From Fonticula alba ATCC 38817 (taxonomy: Eukaryota; Protista; Nucleariida), in the NCBI GenBank assembly GCA_000388065.2, contig KB932203.1: a stretch of 5,613 nt of DNA, one strand, 5' to 3'. The number at the start of each line of letters is the position of its first letter. The first letter of the stretch is position 1. Below are positions 1 through 5,613 of the stretch, piece after piece. The notes under the pieces are model-generated. The model searched no databases. It worked only from the letters and a program-made list of their open reading frames with translations, and was not told where the DNA came from. The position numbers were made by a program, and so were the translations under genes.

Positions 1-28
1 GGGGGGGGGGGGGGGGGGGGGGGGGGGG
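1..28. repeat. G28 homopolymer at window start
   Basis: 28 consecutive G. May be real or partly a sequencing or assembly artefact; long G and C runs recur throughout the window. Confidence 0.9.
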
Positions 29-461
29 ATTCCCGGCGAGGGGCGCAGGATAGAGGAGGAAGATGGGTGGCGACCGCGCCAGAGGGCGGAGCCCCTGGAG
101 CACGGGCAGAAAAAAAGCCCGGGATCTGGGGCCGGAAAACCGTGCGATCCAGCCACCCCCAGGACCGCACGCACATCCCCTAACGCGCGGGTGTGCCGCG
201 AGCCCCGCCTACTTTAGGCCCCCCCCCCCCCGGGGGGGTGGGTTGACGCAACGCGCTGGCATCCCGGTCGGCTGAACCCCCCCCCCCGCCCCCCCCCCCC
301 TCCCGCCGCGCCGCCCGGAGTGGTCCACCCGCACGAGGGTCGGTGTGAGTGCGCGCGGAACTCACGGCGTTAGCGCGCCCGGGTGTGGCCCCCGCCCCCC
401 CCCTCCCGGCCACCGTCGCCACGGTCACCACCAGCCACGCCCCGTGTCTCGTGGCGGAAGC

Positions 462-471
462 AAAAGGAAAA
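462..471 (-). terminator. RNA polymerase III terminator of tRNA-Ala
   Basis: Minus strand reads TTTTCCTTTT immediately after the tRNA discriminator base (472). Confidence 0.8.
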
Positions 472-544
472 TGGAGGCGGAGGGTATCGATCCCCCTGCC
501 TGCCGCATGCTAAGCGGCCGCTCTACCATTTGAGCTACGCCCCC
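472..544 (-). tRNA. tRNA-Ala-AGC: tRNA-Ala, anticodon AGC (511-509), intronless, CCA not encoded
   Basis: Reverse complement folds into a 73-nt cloverleaf: GGGGGCG TA GCTC AAATGGTA GAGC G GCCGC TTAGCAT GCGGC AGGCA GGGGG ATCGATA CCCTC CGCCTCC A. It has the G3:U70 alanine identity pair, A73 discriminator, eukaryotic Ala-type A54 T-loop and a T-run terminator. Confidence 0.99.
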
Positions 545-776
545 GGTGATGGAAATAAAGGGGGCGGCCACCTATTTGTTGGTGAAATTTCCCGGCCGAC
601 CGGACGCGATGCGGCCCCCTCGCGCGCGCTCGCGGGCCCGGTTCCCACCCAGAAGGAAGACGGCTGCGGGCGCCTTCTCTCCCTCCGGCCCCCAGGTCCG
701 CCCCCTCCCGACCGTCGGGTCACTGCGCGAGGTTCCTGCCTGCTCTGCCTGCGGCAACAGCCCAGCGCAAGCATGC

Positions 777-805
777 AAAACTACAATATGTTTATCTATA
801 TACAA
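777..805 (-). terminator. Putative 3'-end/polyadenylation signal region of the mL58-like gene
   Basis: Isolated AT-rich island about 380 nt downstream of the TAA. Sense (minus) strand reads CTTGTATATAGATAAACATATTGTAGTTTT, with TGTA, TATATA and GATAAA-like elements. Inferred only. Confidence 0.4.
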
Positions 806-837
806 GAGAGGCGCAAGGGCGGGTGTGAAGCGCGTGA

Positions 838-876
838 GCGCGCGCGCGCATACACACACACACACACACATACGCA
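838..876. repeat. (GC)n-(CA)n uninterrupted alternating purine-pyrimidine tract
   Basis: gcgcgcgcgcgcatacacacacacacacacacatacgca, 39 nt. Confidence 0.9.
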
Positions 877-1086
877 AACGCGCGTGTGTACAACCATGTC
901 GGTCCTCGACGGTGCAGCGCCCCACCAGGGAGAGGGGGGGGGGCACTGCTGCCGGGATGAAAGGGAGGGGCGTGGGTGGGAGCGGACGCAGGGGACAGGA
1001 GGCACACATTTCAAAGCAACAACAGCAGTTGAGGAAGAAACAGCAAAGGAGGGCAGGAGAACCAAACACCGGCGCTTGGTGCGCAG

Positions 1087-1112
1087 GTACACGCGCGCGC
1101 GCGCACACACAC
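1087..1112. repeat. (CG)n-(CA)n alternating purine-pyrimidine tract
   Basis: gtacacgcgcgcgcgcgcacacacac, downstream of the mL58-like stop codon. Confidence 0.85.
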
Positions 1113-1183
1113 CACAGGACGGGCTCGGCCCCGGCGCCCCTCCCCGGCGAGCTCGGCCAACCACTCGGATCCCCCCCCGTCCA

Positions 1184-1497
1184 TTACAGACCGTTCTGGC
1201 TGAAGTCGGCAGCGAGGGCGCGCTCGCGCTCGCGGCGGATGATGCGCAGCGTACGCGGGAGGTAGCCACGGCCACGGGCCTCGGCCTCGCGGCTGATCTT
1301 GCGCAGCTGGCGACCGGTCTTCGGGACCGGGGCGATCATGCCGATGATGATGGACGGCAGGCCGAACATGACGCCCAGCCGGCGCTGGGTGAACCGGGCC
1401 GGGTCCAGAGAGCGCAGGTGGCGAATCTTGTCGATGGTCTCGGGGTTGAGGTTGTTGCGCAGGGTGTAGAGGGGAACGGGGTGGGGCTGTGTGCGTG

Positions 1498-1529
<32 letters not shown>

Positions 1530-2075
1530 CGTGTGTGTGTGTGTGTGTGTGTGCGTTTTCCCCCGTCCGATCACACAAACGGCCGTGCATGCACCGGCAG
1601 GACAGGCAGAGAGAGAGAGAGAGAGAACGCGTGAGAAGGGCAGGAGCAAGGGACAGGGCAGCAGGAGCGCGAGAGGCATATGAACGCAAGGGAGACAGGG
1701 GGGGGGGATACGCACGGTCAGCAGGCTCTTGATGGCACCGTCGCTGCCGAGACCGGTGGTCGGCTCGCCGCCGCTGGCGATCTTGTGCTTGCGCGACAGG
1801 TAGTGCAGAACGTGGCTGCGGGCGCTGAAGGACAGCGGCGCGGCGGCGAACTCCGGCCGCTCCATGAGCATCTCCTCGGTCAGCAGGGGAGCCGGGATGC
1901 GGTCCTCCGGCATCAGGCGCTGAGGGTCGCTCTCGCCACCATCGAGGTCGTTGTCCGAGCGGAAGTCGCTGTCCTGCTCGGAGGAGGACTGCGAGAAGGC
2001 CCGGGCAAAGGCGGGGGCCATCAGGCGGTTGCCGGCCTGCTTGAAGGAGGTCGACACGGCGCGAAGGGCGAACAT
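1184..2075 (-). CDS. Mitochondrial protein, probable large-subunit mitoribosomal protein mL58-like (fungal MrpL20 / PF12824 type); complement(join(1184..1486,1716..2075)), 220 aa
   Basis: ATG in accATG context. Arg/Ser/Ala-rich, acid-free N-terminus (MFALRAVSTSFKQAGNRLMAPAFARAFS) ends in an R-3-like RAF/S cleavage motif. A phase-0 GTGCGT..CACAG intron joins ...IKSLLT to PHPVPLYTLRNNLNPETIDKIRHLRSLDPARFTQRRLGVMFGLPSIIIGMIAPVPK, which resembles my recollection of the MrpL20 motif LTxEDxxEIRxLRxxDPxxWTRxxLAxKFxxSxxFVxMxAP; basic C-terminal tail. Gene model is strong; family call is from memory, not a search. Confidence 0.75.
1488..1555. repeat. Imperfect (TG)n/(CA)n microsatellite abutting the intron 3' splice site
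   Basis: 68-nt TG repeat with occasional CG units. Confidence 0.95.
1608..1626. repeat. (AG)n microsatellite in the intron
   Basis: agagagagagagagagaga. Confidence 0.9.
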
Positions 2076-2968
2076 GGTGTGTGGATGTGTGGATCTCGCT
2101 TTCCGTGGGGGGAAAAGCAAGGAAGGGGGGAGGCAGCAAGGAGAGGGGGAGGGAGGAGTGGGGGGGGGGGAGGGGCGTAGATGGGGGGGGGAGGGGGGAG
2201 GAGGAGGAGGAGGTGCCCAGGTACCGAGCACCCGGGCCGGCCCGGGGGCGTGAGGCCCGGGTGGGCTTTCAATCGGATCACCTCTCCGCCGGGTCGGGGC
2301 GCGAGCATGCGCGCCGGTTGCCGCCCTCGGGTGCGCCATGTTCTCTGCGGGCGACCGGGTCGCGGCCAAAAGCCCGCGGCCGTAAGGCGCGCAAACCGAC
2401 GCGCTCGAGGGCCCGGCCGCGAGCATGCTCCCCACACAACCGGGGGCGGGAAGGACCCNNNNNNNNNNNNNNNNNNNNNNNNNNNNNNNNNNNNNNNNNN
2501 NNNNNNNNNNNNNNNNNNNNNNNNNNNNNNNNNNNNNNNNNNNNNNNNNNNNNNNNNNNNNNNNNNNNNNNNNNNNNNNNNNNNNNNNNNNNNNNNNNNN
2601 NNNNNNNNNNNNNNNNNNNNNNNNNNNNNNNNNNNNNNNNNNNNNNNNNNNNNNNNNNNNNNNNNNNNNNNNNNNNNNNNNNNNNNNNNNNNNNNNNNNN
2701 NNNNNNNNNNNNNNNNNNNNNNNNNNNNNNNNNNNNNNNNNNNNNNNNNNNNNNNNNNNNNNNNNNNNNNNNNNNNNNNNNNNNNNNNNNNNNNNNNNNN
2801 NNNNNNNGGGTCTGCCCCAATCTAACATCCCCCCTCCCTCCCCCCTCGATGCACGCGCACACGCACACGCACCTCCATTTGCCGTTCCTTCCTCTCCCCC
2901 TCTTCCGTCCTTCCTCTTTCATTCCCCCCCCCCCCCCCCGTCCTCTCCACTCCGCGCAGCAGACCGAT
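2076..2968. promoter_or_regulatory. Divergent intergenic region (5' UTRs and probable shared promoter), partly unsequenced
   Basis: Lies between head-to-head ATGs at 2075 (-) and 2969 (+). No specific core promoter element identified. Confidence 0.5.
2459..2807. other. Assembly gap (349 N)
   Basis: Run of N. Confidence 1.
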
Positions 2969-4318
2969 ATGGCTGTCATTGAGGAGCTCCCGGATGAGCC
3001 ACAGTCCCCGGAGGTGGCCTCGCCTCCCGAGGCCGCCCCTACTCCGGAGGCGGCCGGCGGCGCCGATGTCCAGGCCCTCGGCGAGCAACTGGCCGCGGCC
3101 GATCTGACACCTGCCGACGAGGCGGATTTCTTCCACGACTCGCTGGAATCGGCCGACCCCTCGGCCCTGAAGGACATCGGCAACCGGTACTTCGCGCAGC
3201 AGCGCTTCGCCGACGCCATCGACTGCTACCTTCAGGCGCTGGACATCCTCGGCCCGGTTCCCCAGCCGGCTCCGAAGGAGGAGCCTCCTGGTGCTGGCAC
3301 CGGGGGGGGCTCTGGCGACTTGGAGGCGGCCACCGACCTGCCGGACAGCGAGCGGCCCCTGGTCGCCGAGCCGGGTTCCGACGCCGAGCAGCCCAAGCCG
3401 CCGGCCCAGGACCCCGCCGCTTCGGAGCCTTCGTCGTCCGACCCGTCGTCCGAGGCACCTGCCGAGGCGGCCGATGAGCATGAGTCGCTGCCGAGCGAGC
3501 CGGCCGAGATCCGCGCTCTGCGCATCTCCCTCCTGAACAATTTGTCCATTTGCGAGGCAAAGCTGGTGCGCATGACCTTCTCCTCCTCCTCCTCCTCCCA
3601 CCGACCCTCCCGCCTGTCTTGCCTTCGTGTCCTGTGTTGCCAACAATCCTGACACACACACACACACTCACACTCACACACACACACACACACACTCCTC
3701 CCGACATAGGAGAATCTCGAGGCTGCCATCCACTACTGCTCGATGGGTACGTCACCGGCGAGGGCGTTTTCCTCCCTGTACACCTCTCCCTCCCCGTGCT
3801 AACCTCCGCTTGTTGCGTGCCTCTCCCTGCCTTTCTCCCTGCCTTTCTTCCTCACTCTCTCTCTCTGTGCCGGGCCATGGTAGTCCTGGATTTGGACCGT
3901 GACAACGGCAAGGCTCGCCTCCGCCGGGCCTCGTACCGTGAGAAGTCCTCCGATCTGCTGGACCTCAGTGGCGCGCTCGAGGGTGTGTCTTGATCCTCCT
4001 TCCCTGCGTCCGCATTTCCGCCCCCGCGCCCACCCCCACCACTGACCAACGGCCACGGCCACGGCCACCGCCCTTCCAGACTACGATGAGTACCTCCGCC
4101 TTTTCCCTGCGGATCGCGGGGTGAAGCGCACGCGCGACCAGCTGGAGCCGCGCGTCAAGGCCGAGCAGGAGCGTCTTCAGGCGGAGATGCTGTCCAAGCT
4201 GCGCGGGCTGGGCGACTCGATCCTCGGGAGGTTCGGCATGTCCATCGATCAGTTCAAGTTCGAGAAGGACGAGAACACCGGATCGTATTCGCTCAAGTTC
4301 GAGCAGGGCCGTTCCTGA
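2969..4318 (+). CDS. TTC1: Tetratricopeptide repeat protein 1 orthologue (Hsp70/Hsp90-binding TPR co-chaperone); join(2969..3565,3710..3746,3884..3982,4080..4318), 323 aa
   Basis: Spliced frame is continuous over three GT-AG introns (phases 0, 1, 1; 972 nt). Acidic N-terminus, then three TPR motifs (ALKDIGNRYFAQQRFADAIDCYLQAL; SLLNNLSICEAKLENLEAAIHYCSMVLDLD; NGKARLRRASY...LSGALEDYDEYL), then the characteristic TTC1 tail EQERLQAEMLSKLRGLGDSILGRFGMSIDQFKFEKDENTGSYSLKF. Confidence 0.93.
3566..3709 (+). other. TTC1 intron 1 (144 nt, phase 0)
   Basis: GTGCGC donor, (TCC)6 at 3581-3598, CTGAC branch-like motif at 3649-3653, (CA)n, TAG acceptor. Confidence 0.9.
3652..3695. repeat. Imperfect (CA)n microsatellite in TTC1 intron 1
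   Basis: acacacacacacacactcacactcacacacacacacacacacac. Confidence 0.95.
3747..3883 (+). other. TTC1 intron 2 (137 nt, phase 1)
   Basis: GTACGT donor, CTAAC at 3799-3803, pyrimidine tract, TAG acceptor; splicing gives YCSM-V-LDLD. Confidence 0.88.
3983..4079 (+). other. TTC1 intron 3 (97 nt, phase 1)
   Basis: GTGTGT donor, CTGAC at 4042-4046, (GGCCAC)3 at 4051-4068, CAG acceptor; splicing gives ALE-D-YDEY. Confidence 0.9.
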
Positions 4319-4625
4319 TGGCGCAAATCTCGCAGAGGCGGAGACACACACACGAAGCCGCCGCTCGTCGCCCGGGAGGGGGGGAGGAGCACTGCCAATG
4401 TATGTGCCGCGGGAGACGGGACATGCACGGCGCGATCGTGGGTGAAAGTCCCCCGCGTTTGCCTGCCGGGTCTCTTTTCGTCCTTCTCCCTGCCGCTGTC
4501 TCCCTCCTTCTCTCACGCCCTCGGGGGTGTCGGCAATGCCCCCCCCCCCCGGGAAATCGGCGATGTGGGGGGGGGGATGACCGCACCCGCTGTTGTCCCG
4601 CCCCGGGGTCGCACAGTCGCAAGAG

Positions 4626-4795
4626 AAAAAATACAATAGAAGTCACTCGAGAGAAAGAGGTGGTGCAGGTCGGCATTCGGCTCCCAGTGAACCGGTCTGT
4701 GGGTGGGCGTGCCCCCAACCCTCCATGGAACGTGATTCGACGGATAGGGTTAAGAAAGGTGCCCGAGAGCCGGTGCCTGGCTCGGCGGCCGGTAT
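4626..4795 (-). ncRNA. Speculative structured ncRNA with a telomerase-template-like 8-mer
   Basis: Hairpin 4763-4785, TAACCCTA at 4752-4745, closing stem 4793-4789/4695-4691, 3' stem 4690-4681/4653-4643, T6 run at 4631-4626. No pseudoknot triple helix or promoter recognised. Confidence 0.15.
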
Positions 4796-4820
4796 GAGGG
4801 GGAGCATCCGTGGACGCAAG

Positions 4821-4840
4821 GCGCGCGCGCGCGCGCGCAC
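4821..4840. repeat. (GC)9 alternating tract
   Basis: gcgcgcgcgcgcgcgcgcac. Confidence 0.9.
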
Positions 4841-5447
4841 GGCCAGCTGCCGGCCCCCTCCCCCTTCCCACCTCGCGAGCGCGTCTTTATCGCTCTGCTG
4901 GCCTGTCTCCCCGGGGCTGGAATGCCGGTTGTGGCAGGGGGAGGGGTAGGGGAAATCCCAGGCTGCTGGAAGAAAACCGCCGGGGGGGGGGGCTTTCTCC
5001 AGGCGGCCTACATGGGCACACGGGGCAGGCGGCGGCTGTACCAGCCGTCATGTTCCGGGACGCGCCTCCCCTCGCTCCGGGTGCACTCCTTTCGGTCTGA
5101 GCAGCAGAGATTGGGCGGAAATTCGTCCGCCCGCCGGGGCAGTGGGCCACCCGGGACTGGAGCCCCGCCTGCCTCGCCGCCGGGACGGGGGGGGGGGGGG
5201 GGGGCCGGGCCCTTTATCGGCACTTTCACGCCCCTGCTGCCCCTGTGGGGGGGGGGGCTCTGGTGCCCAGTATGGGAGCCTGCCGCCCTACCCTTTGTTG
5301 CGGTTGTCCGCGGGGCGACTTGTCCTGTGGTCGGCGGTCAGCGCGCTCCCTCCGGCTGGGCCAAAGCTCGAGGCAAGGCCGCCGGAGGGCCTCTCTCTCT
5401 CCCTCTCTCTCACTCGGTGTTGGGCTCTTGGCGCGCCCGTTCACGAG

Positions 5448-5612
5448 CTAGGGTCGAGGACGAGGGCTAGGGTGCCGGTCCGCCCCGCGGCGGCAACAAC
5501 GGCAGGCCGCGGATCTCGCCTGCCTCAGCCCCCCCCCCCGTTCTCCCCCCGGCGACAGGCCCTCGCACTGGCTCCCCACGGTGAAGGCGTAACTGTGATG
5601 GAACCGAAGGCG
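5448..5612 (-). CDS. Possible 3' end of a gene entering from the right edge (partial, unknown product)
   Basis: Open minus frame RLRFHHSYAFTVGSQCEGLSPGGERGGG... whose first ~21 codons mostly end in G/C like the two real genes. Stop is at 5450-5448, or at 5469-5467 if the G11 run is one base off. No family recognised. Confidence 0.25.
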   Translation of the reverse strand, partial: RLRFHHSYAFTVGSQCEGLSPGGERGGGLRQARSAACRCCRRGADRHPSPRPRP

Positions 5613-5613
5613 G

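Larger units (their letters stand above)
1487..1715 (-). other. Spliceosomal intron (229 nt, phase 0) of the mL58-like gene
   Basis: GTGCGT donor at 1715 and CAG acceptor at 1487. Contains (CT)n and (CA)n tracts on the sense strand; removal restores one continuous frame. Confidence 0.9.

Noticed and set aside
485-491. tRNA T-loop ATCGATA lacks the TTC motif
   Set aside because: A54 is normal for animal and plant cytosolic tRNA-Ala; it is not a sign of a pseudogene.
1184-1369. Resemblance of GMIAPVPKTGRQLRKISREAEARGRGYLP to ribosomal protein bS18
   Set aside because: Spacing does not fit the S18 motif and the upstream exon-2 sequence matches the MrpL20/mL58 pattern better.
383-1732. 449-aa plus-strand ORF and other long ORFs (546-1265, 572-1108, 1011-2828, 2822-3667, 3965-4636)
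   Set aside because: They are antisense or off-frame shadows of real genes or run through microsatellites (HTHT, CVCV, RERE), the tRNA and the N gap; stop codons are rare in GC-rich DNA.
2231-2246. 16-bp perfect palindrome CCCGGGCCGGCCCGGG
   Set aside because: All-GC palindromes of this size are not unexpected at this base composition.
4051-4068. (GGCCAC)3 and other short tandem repeats as CRISPR or mobile-element signals
   Set aside because: Simple intronic microsatellites with no spacers, terminal repeats or transposase/RT coding sequence.
4440-4455. GGGTGAAAGTCCCCCG resembles RNase MRP RNA conserved region I
   Set aside because: No complementary CR-V (AnnnAnnGGGG-CU type) at a plausible distance to form P4; the A-rich segment at 4631-4646 looks superficially similar but cannot pair with it.
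5091-5132. GGTCTGAG and GGAAATTCG resemble RNase P RNA CR-I fragments
   Set aside because: Neither has the full context or a downstream P4 partner.
5446-5473. GCTAGGGT twice, including AGGGCTAGGGT, as telomere-like repeats or an alternative template
   Set aside because: Imperfect match to TTAGGG, only two dispersed copies, and overlaps the possible partial CDS.
5595-5603. GTGATGGAA identical to the sequence flanking the tRNA 5' end (546-554)
   Set aside because: No cloverleaf or A/B boxes follow on the minus strand; probably chance.

Overview
GC-rich, intron-containing eukaryotic DNA with a 349-nt assembly gap (2459-2807) and many homopolymer and microsatellite tracts. Three genes are well supported: a minus-strand tRNA-Ala(AGC) at 472-544; a two-exon minus-strand gene (1184-2075) for a 220-aa mitochondrial-targeted protein resembling fungal-type mitoribosomal mL58 (yeast MrpL20); and a divergent four-exon plus-strand TTC1 orthologue (2969-4318, 323 aa, TPR co-chaperone). 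Most other ORFs in the track are shadows of GC-rich or repetitive DNA. The best speculative lead is a roughly 170-nt minus-strand segment (4626-4795) with a TTAGGG-template 8-mer (UAACCCUA), several stems and a terminal U6 run, loosely like a small telomerase RNA; no canonical pseudoknot triple helix or promoter is visible, so it remains a hypothesis. The organism cannot be identified from the window; a GC-rich unicellular opisthokont (for example Fonticula-like) is a guess.
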